DNA of 64,000 nt, from contig CP075494.1 of assembly GCA_021613535.1 (NCBI GenBank), positions 2,480,001 to 2,544,000 of the forward strand, written 5' to 3'. Position 1 is the stretch's first letter. Each line of letters begins with the position of its first letter. Positions 53,232-63,732 of the stretch are shown here, one piece after another. The notes under the pieces were generated by a model. The model was not told the DNA's origin and searched no databases. It saw only the letters and a program-made list of their open reading frames with translations. The DNA comes from Adineta vaga (Eukaryota > Animalia > Rotifera). A program made the position numbers and the translations under genes.

Positions 53232-56228
53232 TTACTGAAAGCAGAGCACATGATCAAAAAGCGAAAGCCGATCTTCGGTTATCAATTTTCGAGTATTCTT
53301 TGGTATTCTTCCTCTTTTATATATTTCTTTTCGCTGTTTTGCTAAGGTTGGGTTTGATCTAATTTCTTTTTGATATATAATCGACAACTTTTGTTGAAGA
53401 AAATCTTCTATGACTTCCGGATTTGTTGCCAAAATTGTGCTGGTTAACTTGGTCCAGTGCGTATTTGATAATTCTTCAAGTGATCGATATTTTGGAAGAC
53501 TTTCGATCTCGACGTTTCTGGCATCATACCATTGATGAATTGTTCTAAATATTCTTCTATGTAGTCCTTCTAGCTGTTTTTTCATTGTTTGTGAGAGGAT
53601 TGGATAAATATTTAATATTGATTGATAGTGCGGTCGAATGAAAGCATTGTATAGTCGATAGTTTACCTTCTCGCTTAACATCCGGCTAGACGCTAATCGT
53701 TTAAAAATATTCATATTTGATCGTATTTTCGATTTTATATAATCTATATGACTTAGGAAGGATAATTTTGTATCTAGTATTGTACCCAAATATTTGAATT
53801 TATTCACATGTTCAATTACATGATCTCCACATTTTATTATCGGTAATTTGGGATTAGGTTGTCGATTGAAAAGCGTCCAATAGGTTTTGCTATAATTTAT
53901 TGGTTGTTTCCATTTTGCTGAGTAATTGATTAAGCGAGTGAGAACTTTTTCAATTTGTTTCTTTAAATCGTGTATCATCTCTGTTGGTGACATTGATGAT
54001 GATGGTGCAACCAGTAAGGCAAAATCATCGGCATATAGATGTTTCCAGTGAATAGTTGATAAAGCTTCCAATATATCGTGATGATAGACAATGAAAAGCA
54101 CTGGTCCAATACAACTGCCTTGAGGAACACCTTTTGCTAAATTAAATGTGTTTGACAAGTGATTTTTTATGTCAATATATGCTTTCCGTTCTTTCAGATA
54201 GTGACGCAACCATGCTATTAGATATATTGGACATTTTAAGTTCATTAGTTTTAGCCAGAGACCATTGAACCATAATTGATTAAACGCAGTGCTGAAATCC
54301 ACAAATAGAGCAGCAGCAGCTGTATTCATAGCTAGACTTTGACCTATTTCATCGATGATAGATACCAATCGAACAGCCATATTGTGGTGGGGCCGGAAAC
54401 CGCTTTGTTCAGATGGAAGTACACCTTGTTCATCAAGCCATGAACGAAAGTGATATAAGAAACATTTTTCAAATATTTTAGAAAAACATGGTAACAATGA
54501 GATGGGTCTTGTCTTATCAATGGCAATGACCTTTGATTTTGTTTTTGACAGGAGTATCATTTTTGCAATGTGCCAGTGCGATGGAGTTTGGAGAGTTGTA
54601 GCAAAATTATTCATACATAACAGAATTATAGATAAATGAGTTGGAGGAAGAAGTTTGATTATTCGATTTGAAACGCCATCAATACCAGATGAATTTTTAT
54701 TTTTTAAAGAAGCGATGGCATGCCGTAATTGCTGAAAAGTAATTTTGATTGGCGTAGGTGGACCACTTTTTAAGATCTCTCTAAGTTCGTTGTCCATATT
54801 GTCTGCTTCACGTTCTATATCAGATTGAGTACTCTGATGATCAGCAAATTCTTTCTCATAATAGATTCTTGCAGCATTACACATGTCATTTGGTGAGAAT
54901 ATGATGTTGTTGTTGATAAGAAAACCATCTACTGGTTCAGTTTTAGAACTGAAGTGGCGTTTTACTTTCTTCCAGAAGGATTTTGTATCACAATCATTGA
55001 ATGAGCCACAATAATCAAGCCATGACATTCTTTTGTATTGAAATAATTGTTTCTGTACAGTTTTCGTCATATCACTTAGCATTCTTGCCCAATATGGATG
55101 ATGCGTTCGACGTAATAGCTTAAGATATTTGTGTTTTTCCTTTATCAAAGAGATCAAGCCTGGCGGTAATGATGGTTTCATTGTTTTCCTAAAGGTGATA
55201 ATTGTAAAACGTGACCTGCATAGCGTTAAGAATTTTTCGTAAAGTGTAAAGAAATTGGCTGAATGTCCCATATCATTGGCTAGTTTCTCCCAGTAAGATG
55301 CTGTAAATGTTAGAAATACTTCGTATAGTTTCCAGTGTGTTCGTTTAATAGGATTATGCTCATGTAAGGAGTTTAGTTTAGTTGTTGATTGCCATAAAAC
55401 AGGATAATGATCATTGCCAATGGTGGGCAAGACTGAAAAGGAATTGGAGGCCATATGTGCCGGTACAATAATGAGATCAATTGTTGCATTCGATCGGGTA
55501 GATGTTGGAATAAATCTGTTGATAATTTCTAAATTTAAATGTGTTGAAGTTGAGGATAACCAGCTTGATAATGCTCTCCCTTTTTGATTTTCTATAGATC
55601 GAGACCATGAGCTGTGTTTGGCATTGAAATCACCTGTAAAGATTGTATTTTCATTTAACTGTAATAACCGATCCAATACATCAAACGGAATTTGTTCATG
55701 CGGTGGTGAATAGCATGTAACTAATTGAAATATATTTGAATCCGTTCCAATTTCCAGAGCAATAAGATTCTGCGTGTTCGCAAATCCATCGACTGGTTGC
55801 ACACGTATTGATTTATGAACTGCGATTAATACACCTCCAAAATCGTTTGTACCTTCCATAGAAAAAACATTATAATTATAGAAATGTTTTCTAAATTGTT
55901 TTGTGGAATTTTCGTCATGATGTGTCCCATTTAAAGTAATAATTGGTGGAGATGTGGACTCGATTAATGCAAAAATATCGATAAGATATCTTTTTAAACT
56001 TGATACATTTAATAAAAGTATTGATATATTTTCTTTAATATTTAACATAGAAACAGTTTTATCTAGATAATTTGTCCATTTTTCTAATAGGAGATTTAAA
56101 GTTGGAGTATCTGACCATTCACGGAAGATCGTTTGAAAGACTTTTTCTTCATATTTTGTTAATTCGTTCGTATTAATGATAAAAGGTTGTTTATGATTTG
56201 ATTTATAAGTTTGTGCGTTTGGGTTCAT
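53232..56228 (-). CDS. LINE ORF2: APE-like endonuclease + reverse transcriptase
   Basis: YSPP, GDFNA, IDL, NDH endonuclease motifs; RPISLLPCFSKIFE, QSGFR, FVDFSTAFN, GVPQGS, YADD, KYLG RT motifs. Confidence 0.97.
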   Translation of the reverse strand: MNPNAQTYKSNHKQPFIINTNELTKYEEKVFQTIFREWSDTPTLNLLLEKWTNYLDKTVSMLNIKENISILLLNVSSLKRYLIDIFALIESTSPPIITLNGTHHDENSTKQFRKHFYNYNVFSMEGTNDFGGVLIAVHKSIRVQPVDGFANTQNLIALEIGTDSNIFQLVTCYSPPHEQIPFDVLDRLLQLNENTIFTGDFNAKHSSWSRSIENQKGRALSSWLSSTSTHLNLEIINRFIPTSTRSNATIDLIIVPAHMASNSFSVLPTIGNDHYPVLWQSTTKLNSLHEHNPIKRTHWKLYEVFLTFTASYWEKLANDMGHSANFFTLYEKFLTLCRSRFTIITFRKTMKPSLPPGLISLIKEKHKYLKLLRRTHHPYWARMLSDMTKTVQKQLFQYKRMSWLDYCGSFNDCDTKSFWKKVKRHFSSKTEPVDGFLINNNIIFSPNDMCNAARIYYEKEFADHQSTQSDIEREADNMDNELREILKSGPPTPIKITFQQLRHAIASLKNKNSSGIDGVSNRIIKLLPPTHLSIILLCMNNFATTLQTPSHWHIAKMILLSKTKSKVIAIDKTRPISLLPCFSKIFEKCFLYHFRSWLDEQGVLPSEQSGFRPHHNMAVRLVSIIDEIGQSLAMNTAAAALFVDFSTAFNQLWFNGLWLKLMNLKCPIYLIAWLRHYLKERKAYIDIKNHLSNTFNLAKGVPQGSCIGPVLFIVYHHDILEALSTIHWKHLYADDFALLVAPSSSMSPTEMIHDLKKQIEKVLTRLINYSAKWKQPINYSKTYWTLFNRQPNPKLPIIKCGDHVIEHVNKFKYLGTILDTKLSFLSHIDYIKSKIRSNMNIFKRLASSRMLSEKVNYRLYNAFIRPHYQSILNIYPILSQTMKKQLEGLHRRIFRTIHQWYDARNVEIESLPKYRSLEELSNTHWTKLTSTILATNPEVIEDFLQQKLSIIYQKEIRSNPTLAKQRKEIYKRGRIPKNTRKLITEDRLSLFDHVLCFQ

Positions 56229-57760
56229 TCGATAATCATATTGATAGTTTCTTTATCATTTTGATTGTCATTTTGCTTGTCAGCATGCACTTTGTTTGCT
56301 AACTCACATTGTTGTTTAAAATTGACTAAAATCGGGAAAATTTTGTCTTGTTCATTTTGTTTGTTTTTTCCTAGAAAAGCATATCCTAAATTACAAATAA
56401 AAGGGCATACTCGATCCATAATAAATTCTTTGAGCGCATCCACATTTTTCTGACATGCTTCAATTTGTTGAAATGCATTTGTAATTTTTTCATTCATTTT
56501 CACCTGTTCATTTGTAAGTTGTTCGATTCTTTTCATAATTTGATCCAACTTTTCACCGATGTCAGTTAATATGTCTGAACAATCCTTTGTTTTAATCTTT
56601 TGAACTGGAGTAGATGCTTGAGCTGGTGTGTATTGTCTAGTTGCATTTGCTGTCCATGCACCAGCTACTTCAATAGTTTTTGCTTGTGTTGATCCATTGT
56701 AATTGTTACTGTTAATCGATGGAGTGTTATCTGTTTGCTGTTTGTATTTTCTTCTTTCTTCAATTTTTACTAAGCATTTTGGGCTCCCAGCCATATGCTC
56801 TTGATGACAGTTCGCACAACAGATTTTGTTCAAACAGTTTGGGTTATATGGATGATTTTGACCACAACGAAAGCATGTAGGTTTATCTTTATGTGGACAA
56901 TTTGCTGAAATATGATCATTATATTGTTGACAGTTGAAACAGCGTAATATTCTAACAGGTGGAGTGTATGGCTGAATTGCAAAAGATGTATTTTCATCGT
57001 CTAAGAGTAAACGTTTGTTCTCTACGATTTTCTTCACTTCTTGATTTGATGAGAAGTCAATTCGAACTTTGGAAATTGGCTGTCCACCTTTAACATATAA
57101 TCGTTCTACTTTGATTATCGTTGGATATAACTTCTTGATGTCGATTTCAAATTCCGTTAGCTTCCATTGAACAGGAACACCAATAGCTACAACTGAGTAT
57201 GATGATGGAACCTTCGAAGGGGAGGTGATAGTATAATCTAACGTGCATATTTGAATTGGCCATATCTGTTTGTTCATCAGGCGATCAAATTGTTCATTAG
57301 TATTAACATATAATAGAAAGGTTTTGTTTTCACCGGCAGATGAGTAACGTCCATAAGATAAACCGATGCGGAAGTGTTTATTCAAATCTTTGATGATTGA
57401 TAATTCAGATGGTGACTCGTCGGCTATGAAGCTGATTCGAAATGGTGGAAAGGTAGGTCGTGAGGAGTTATTTTTTTCATGTTTCTTTTCAAAACGAGAT
57501 GTCGTTGGATTCTGCTGTTGTTGTGTTGTTCTGGTTGCGGTGCTGCTAAAGTATTGGTTCTTTATATTAACCACATGATGTTCCTGTTCGAATGAATCAT
57601 CATTTTCTTTTGTTCTTTTAGCTACATTCCGATTTATAGATCTTTGTTGATCTGTTGATGTTTCAATTGTTGTATTTAAATTTTGTTTCGTTCGATCGAT
57701 GTGTGTTTCATTTGCTTGATTTGTTTGATGCAACATGTTGCCACTGGTACTCATCATCAA
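56225..57760 (-). CDS. LINE ORF1: nucleic-acid-binding protein with three zinc knuckles and a coiled coil
   Basis: CFNCQQYNDHISANC, CFRCGQNHPYNPNC, CANCHQEHMAGSPKC; its stop overlaps the ORF2 start (ATGA). Confidence 0.93.
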   Translation of the reverse strand: MMMSTSGNMLHQTNQANETHIDRTKQNLNTTIETSTDQQRSINRNVAKRTKENDDSFEQEHHVVNIKNQYFSSTATRTTQQQQNPTTSRFEKKHEKNNSSRPTFPPFRISFIADESPSELSIIKDLNKHFRIGLSYGRYSSAGENKTFLLYVNTNEQFDRLMNKQIWPIQICTLDYTITSPSKVPSSYSVVAIGVPVQWKLTEFEIDIKKLYPTIIKVERLYVKGGQPISKVRIDFSSNQEVKKIVENKRLLLDDENTSFAIQPYTPPVRILRCFNCQQYNDHISANCPHKDKPTCFRCGQNHPYNPNCLNKICCANCHQEHMAGSPKCLVKIEERRKYKQQTDNTPSINSNNYNGSTQAKTIEVAGAWTANATRQYTPAQASTPVQKIKTKDCSDILTDIGEKLDQIMKRIEQLTNEQVKMNEKITNAFQQIEACQKNVDALKEFIMDRVCPFICNLGYAFLGKNKQNEQDKIFPILVNFKQQCELANKVHADKQNDNQNDKETINMIIE

Positions 57761-59526
57761 TCAGTCAATTAAGTATTGTGATTAGTGATGATGAGTCACC
57801 GAAAGATTGTAAAGTAAGTATACGTATATATATTTACCGTACCAAGATGAAAGGAGGAAGTCGTGTACGCATATCTTCTTTTCTTCCTTCCGTAAAGAAA
57901 GACCATTCTATTTCAATATCAATCCGTTTGATATGATCGAAAGATTTCATCCATCGTTGATCTAATAACATTTCTTCAAACTTATTTTCATTGACCCTGA
58001 TTGGTGTAGCGGAAATTAATTCAAGATTCGGTAATTTTTCTAGAATTTCATCTAAATCAGAAACTTGTATACCACTGTCCGTAAATATTATCACTTTCAA
58101 GTTCGGAAGAGTATGTTTTCTGGTAGCAATGAACGAGTATTACGAGTCAAATATGTCACTTGTAGAGAACGTAAACAGGATAGTCGATATAAAATAGAAT
58201 GAAAAAAACTTGTTTGGAGTCTGCTTTGAATATTGAGACTTACAATAGAGTTATTTATTGGTGTAGGATCAATCGTCGATATTGCTCTAAGACTATGACG
58301 CCTGCCGTTAACAATACATACGCGAAGTTTAGGCAAAGAAAATATTGCTAAAAGTATAGTCGAACTATCGTCCATATATTTAAATCGAATATTTAAATAT
58401 TCGAGATCGGTGAGTTGTGAGAGAATAGAAGTGATCGGCGTGTTATTATACTCGTCTACATTGATTGTAAGAGATTGAAGATGTTTGAGTTGAGATATAT
58501 ACAGATCAACAAATCGATGTGCACATCTAGTATAGTTAATGTCACTTAATGACCGAATATTTTTTATATAAACATGTGGAAAGTCACTCGTATTTGTATT
58601 CTCAAACAGATGAAATTGAAATAACGACGAGTGAAGTATACTATTGAAGTATGAGTTTAGATTCGCGAAGACATTGATCAAATCATTACCTACCATGAAC
58701 GAAAATATAAATAAGAGTAATTCAGCTGGTAATTGTTCGAGACATGTTTTTGAAGACATTGTCTTAATAATCTTATTGTCTCTCATGAGTGTAGATTATT
58801 TTATAGTTGTGTGGAAATCATCGTCGAGGTACAAATAAAAAAATTCTATTGGTTAAGAAGAAAGTATATGGAAACCATACGTTCCAATATAGTGAATCAC
58901 ATCAGATAAATTTTATTCAATCATGTGATGATTAATAATTTCATCTCTACACAAACATTATTTTCTCTATTTGACATAACTCGTCATAGACTCATTTTCT
59001 GACTGAGAATGAGTTCTTTTACGAAAGATTGCAAAATATGTTTCATCATTAAAATGGTTGGTTTCCATATTTTATCTTATAATCTGTTGGAATTCATTAA
59101 TTGGTGGCCACGTAGATGAGAAAAATAACATATGCACATATTTATCGATTGGATTAGCTTTGCAATGTTATAAAAATCTATCTTGAGAGTGCGGATGTGA
59201 ATAAAAAAAACGTAAATATTATTTATTAACATATAATATAATTTAGATTTTATCAAAACGACTGTTGTATGTTTCTGTGATATTAACAATCGTGTCACGT
59301 TATCGTAATTTAAGACACATTTCAGTATCTTCCTAAACTAATGAAACTCAATAATCGCTATTTCAAAACGAAAATTAAAAGATATGTATCTACAAAAAAC
59401 CCGTACCTATAGGGTTAAACTAACTAAACAAGATTTCAAGACAATTCAACAAAAGAAAAAGACCGAAAAACGTATGCATAATCGTTGCCATCGCTATCAT
59501 AATACTTTATTCATATTGAATAGAAA

Positions 59527-60180
59527 TTAGAATTCCTCTGGAGGTGGCTGAATTCTCCGTACCAAACATCTGACTATACACCCGAAAGAAAGAGCACAAA
59601 AAAGTACAGAATAACAGATTGATAGCGCAGCCATAGCGCCCTGTATATAAAGAGATTTTTGATAAACAATGAATACGTTTTTATCGCAGTAAGTTGGCGA
59701 TAGAATATTTGTGTGTTGCACTGATTCTGCTATATTAACCATCCAGATTAGTCCGAAAATGATGCAAGTAATCCAAAATATGTGAAGCAGATGCTGTATG
59801 TGAAATAAGCAGATTCCAAAAATCTTTATAATAGTGTTTAATTTGATCGTGATGATTCCAACAGAAAGCAACAAAGAAACAATTGGTATGCTACCAGTTA
59901 CAATGAGATAAATTGGAATTTTCGTTTCGATTGGACAATTGGCGATATTTGTGCTTCCCACTACGATCATATAAGTTGGAAACACAACGATCAGACCAAG
60001 GAACACGAAAGTAATTGAAAGAATTCCACAACATTTTCCGACCAAGTCCACTGTTGACGTTGATCTTGATAAATATGGTCGAAGAGAAAATCTTGGCGGT
60101 TGTTCAACTAGCACATTTGTATCTGGTTCTATCGTAGATAAAATTTCATCGAATTCATCCATTATTTCAAACTTTTTCAC
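59527..60180 (-). CDS. Four-TM membrane protein, TMEM272-like
   Basis: MIVVG...CPIETKIPIYLIVTG, W..FGLIW, YCDKNVF pattern with four hydrophobic helices. Confidence 0.7.
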   Translation of the reverse strand: MKKFEIMDEFDEILSTIEPDTNVLVEQPPRFSLRPYLSRSTSTVDLVGKCCGILSITFVFLGLIVVFPTYMIVVGSTNIANCPIETKIPIYLIVTGSIPIVSLLLSVGIITIKLNTIIKIFGICLFHIQHLLHIFWITCIIFGLIWMVNIAESVQHTNILSPTYCDKNVFIVYQKSLYIQGAMAALSICYSVLFCALSFGCIVRCLVRRIQPPPEEF

Positions 60181-60376
60181 ATTTGTTGACTTTCATGCAG
60201 TACGCATTGCAGAATTCAAACATAAACTAATACTTTCAAACTGCCACTCATACGCATCAGAATATGAAAAAAAAACCCATTCAATTTGTGCAACGTGAAA
60301 CAACACAGAACACTTTGTTGATGTCGTATTCAATTCTCTTGTTTACAATCGTACTGCTTTATGAAAAAAGAAAAGA

Positions 60377-62651
60377 ATGGCCGAACCGGTGCCTCATAAT
60401 ATCAATGATAATCTTCAAACCCTCACTCTTATCTGGCTTGACGACAAAACAAGCAATAATGGAGAAGATGAAAATGTTATAAAAAAATTGCGCTCTATCA
60501 TCAATCATCTTATAACATTTCGAAATGAGGAAACATGTCAAGAATATATTGAGAAACAACCCGAGGAAGATCGAATAATATTGATTGTAACTGATTCATT
60601 TTGTTATACATTAGTACCACGTATTCATCAATTACGACAAGTTTATGCAATTTACATTACTTGTAAAAACACTTCAATCGACGAAGAATGGATTGCCAAA
60701 TTTACTAAAGTAAATAGACTATGATGAGTTTTTGCAGTTACATCGCACACTTTATTTGTTTTAGATCAAAGCATTTAATGTTCAATTTAATGAACTTATC
60801 GCTCAAATGCGATTGGATCAAAGAAAACGAATAAAAAATGAACAACCATTGTTGATCAGCATCTTTTCCACAAGTGAAAACGCAGATCAATCAACAACAG
60901 GACTCAATGGACAATTTGTATACAATCAACTACTGACTGATTGTCTTCTTCGGATGAAATCCACTGAACAAGATAAAAATGAATTAATTTCCATCTGCAA
61001 TAGAGAATATCAAGGAAATACTCAATTTCTCAATCAATTACAAGAATTTCAAAATGATTATTTACCGAATAAAGTTTTATGGTGGTACACGCGAGATTCG
61101 TTTTTCTATAAAATCTTAAACAAAACATTGCGCGTACAAAATATCGAGATGCTTGTCTTACTTCGTTCATACATATCCGACATGTATCATCAATTACAGT
61201 GCTATCAATTGAAAACTCCAATACGTACTTATCGAAGTCAACTAATGGCGAATGAAGAAATTTATAGATTGAAGAGAAATATCGGTCAATATATTTCTGT
61301 TAATTCATTTTTATCAACGACTGTTCAACGTGAAACCGCATTGTTTTTAATGGGCGAGGGTAATCCGGAGGACAATTTACAACGAGTATTATTCGAAATC
61401 GATGCCGATCCTCGTGTTGTTTCGATGAAACCATTTGCTGATATTACATTTCATAGTGATTTTCCTATCGAAACCGAAGTCCTTTTTATGCTAGGATCGA
61501 TATTTCGTCTTGACAATGTCATTCTCGATGATGATCACTTATGGGTTATTACAATGACATTGTACAGTGATGATCAACATGATCTGAAGCAAGTTTTATC
61601 ACATATGAAAGATCAGAATGGAAAGGGTAAAGCCGATCTTTGGACTTTAGCGAAAATTGTTTGGAAAATGGGAAAATTTAATTTAGCCGAAAAATATTAT
61701 CTTCGATTGATCAACGAAATACCATCGACTGATCTGTCTCTTATCAAAATATATGAAAATCTTGGTGATATAACTTCACATAAAGGTGATTATGATGCAA
61801 GTATTCAATGGTATAATAAAGCACTGGAAATTCGAAAAAATAATCCATCGTTTAATACTGAAAAGAATACAAAAATAATTGATGTTTCTGGTAAGTAAAT
61901 TCGATTTAATTTTCAAGAGACAGAAAAAATTTGTAGTCGTTGTTTAGAAATTGTTGGTTATCGAAATTCAAAACTTGAAAAAATGATTCGCCAGTCATAT
62001 GATCGTTCACGGATAGATCTAGGTAACCAGAGATTAATTGACTCAGATATGATAATTGTTGTCAAAGAAGCGATTATCAAGAAACAATGCATAAAACTCA
62101 ATTTGATGAATAATTCAATTACATCAAAAGGTGCTTTTATCTTAGCTTCTGGATTGAAGAATAATTCAATATTACAAGTATTAATTCTTTGTAGTGTTCG
62201 TATAGGTGATTTGGGTATTCAATATATTGCCAGAGCACTAACAAACAATAATAATAGTATTAAAGTATTAAATGTAAGTAGCAATGGTCTTACGGATAAA
62301 AGCGCAGAAGATTTGGCTATGATGTTAAAGACAAACAAAACCTTAGTTTTTTTGGATTTAAGTAGAAATGAATTAGGTGATGAAGGAATAGCGATTCTGG
62401 CTAATGCACTTCAAAACCATAACAATACATTGGAATATTTGGATCTATCTTATAATGAATGGATGACGGAATTAAGTGTGGAATTTCTCATTTTAATGAT
62501 TACTTATAATGAAGGATTAAAAGCACTTTCTGTGTGGTTTCGCAATCTGTCGACAAAAAATGAAAGTAGACTTAGAAAAGCTGCTGAAAAAGGCAGACTA
62601 ACTGTGAATAATCCTTGGATAAATTTAAAATATACGGGTTCTAACTGGTAA
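60377..62651 (+). CDS. Receiver-like + ADP-ribosyltransferase + TPR + RI-like (NLRC3-type) LRR protein; introns about 60710-60764 and 61892-61948
   Basis: LIWLD, WWYTRDSFFY, TYRSQ, NSFLSTT, ETEVLF, two TPRs, then LDLSRNELGDEGIAILANAL-type LRRs. Confidence 0.85.
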
Positions 62652-62732
62652 TATGTTTTTTCACATTTATTTTTTTTTAATTTATTTTTATGAACAGAAA
62701 AAAGCCTTGTGTGTTTTTAAATTCGCCTTTCT

Positions 62733-62836
62733 TTATGGGTGTGGGTGTGGGTTTGGGTGTGGATGGATGGATGTGGATGAATGTGGATACTACATCTATC
62801 TAACACCCACCCACACCCACACCCACACCCTCATAA
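62733..62836. repeat. Telomere-like hairpin element, long copy
   Basis: ttatgggtgtgggtgtgggtttgggtgtgg...cacccacccacacccacacccacaccctcataa. Confidence 0.85.
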
Positions 62837-62939
62837 GACCCTCCTTACAGTCAAGGGAACTAATAAATTCCTCTTTTAGTTTTCCCCATGCACCAACATG
62901 AAATCTAGGTGTCAAGATGACTGAAACAGCTAGTCTTCA

Positions 62940-63220
62940 TCGACTTGAAGATGAGAAAAGACACTCTAAAGATAATTTATTGCTGAATACTTCGTACAAC
63001 AACAACATAGGTTTGATACATAGAAGTCTAAGAGAACACTCAAAAGTACTTTCATCTTTTGAAAAAAAACTACTTAAAATCTCAAAAAACAATCTACGAA
63101 TGATCCTACCTTGGTAATTGCCCATTCTAATATTGGTCGATTGTATGGACACATGGAAAAATATTCAAAGATTTTTTCATACTCTGAACGATCTATAAAT
63201 ATTTTCAAAACTTTACTATC
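62940..63220 (+). pseudogene. TPR-repeat remnant
   Basis: LNTSYNNNIGLIHRSLREHSKVLSSFEK and further TPR-like pieces in shifting frames. Confidence 0.55.
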
Positions 63221-63732
63221 TGATAATTAAAACTAAAATTACCAATTCAATCGGAATGAAATAATTTTCTATTATTTAATGACTCGATCATAACTTTAAG
63301 TTGATCAAGCATAAGACCAGAATGTGTCACAAATAAAATTGACCTTAGTGTAAAAATAATTTTTCTACTGTGAAAGCTTTTCACTCATCCCTTATCAACT
63401 AAAATACTTTTTGATATCAATTTTTTGAATATAAAATTCTGCTTCTTTTCATTTTTCCATAGATTTAAAATTGAGAATAAATCAAAAGTATCTTTACTCA
63501 TAGAGAAGTTGTTGAAAGAATATTTTAATAAGTAACATTATATTATGTGCTTTTTCAAATTGAACAATGAAATTAAAAGAAAACAGCTTTCTTTCACTCT
63601 GTGTATTTATCACATCGAATATCAAGTAGAAAGCATAAGAAGATATCATAAATTATTAAATATATACACCTTTTAATATAAATACAACGGTAAAAACACA
63701 TTATTTCACAATCTATACACTTTTATCACACG

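Larger units (their letters stand above)
52892..57853 (-). mobile_element. Full-length non-LTR retrotransposon (LINE, jockey/I-group-like), about 4.96 kb
   Basis: Perfect direct repeat gaggaagtcgtgtacgcatat at 52871-52891 and 57854-57874; two intact ORFs; AATAAA then a (TA)n tail at the 3' end. Confidence 0.95.
52731..58786 (-). pseudogene. F-box/LRR gene split by the LINE insertion (5' part 58786-57854, 3' part 52891-52731)
   Basis: LEQLPAELLLFIFSFM..DLINVFANLNSYFNSIL F-box with LRR-like repeats; frameshift near 58115; the frame ...EDMRTRLP resumes past the element as MRTRLPLSHPGLRG...WIF*. Confidence 0.8.

Noticed and set aside
56225-58786. Four-ORF operon-like retroelement carrying an F-box cargo gene
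   Set aside because: The TSD at 57854-57874 places ORFs 57834..58100 and 58097..58786 outside the element; they are the interrupted host gene.
9295-62836. Telomere-like hairpins as a CRISPR array or true telomere
   Set aside because: Copies are dispersed kilobases apart, inverted rather than tandem, short, and no cas genes are present.
29447-62901. Short ORFs with PHPHP / GCGCG / TPTPT / GVGVG runs (29447, 29520, 37188, 50091, 62653)
   Set aside because: They are translations of the TGTGGG hairpin arms, not proteins.
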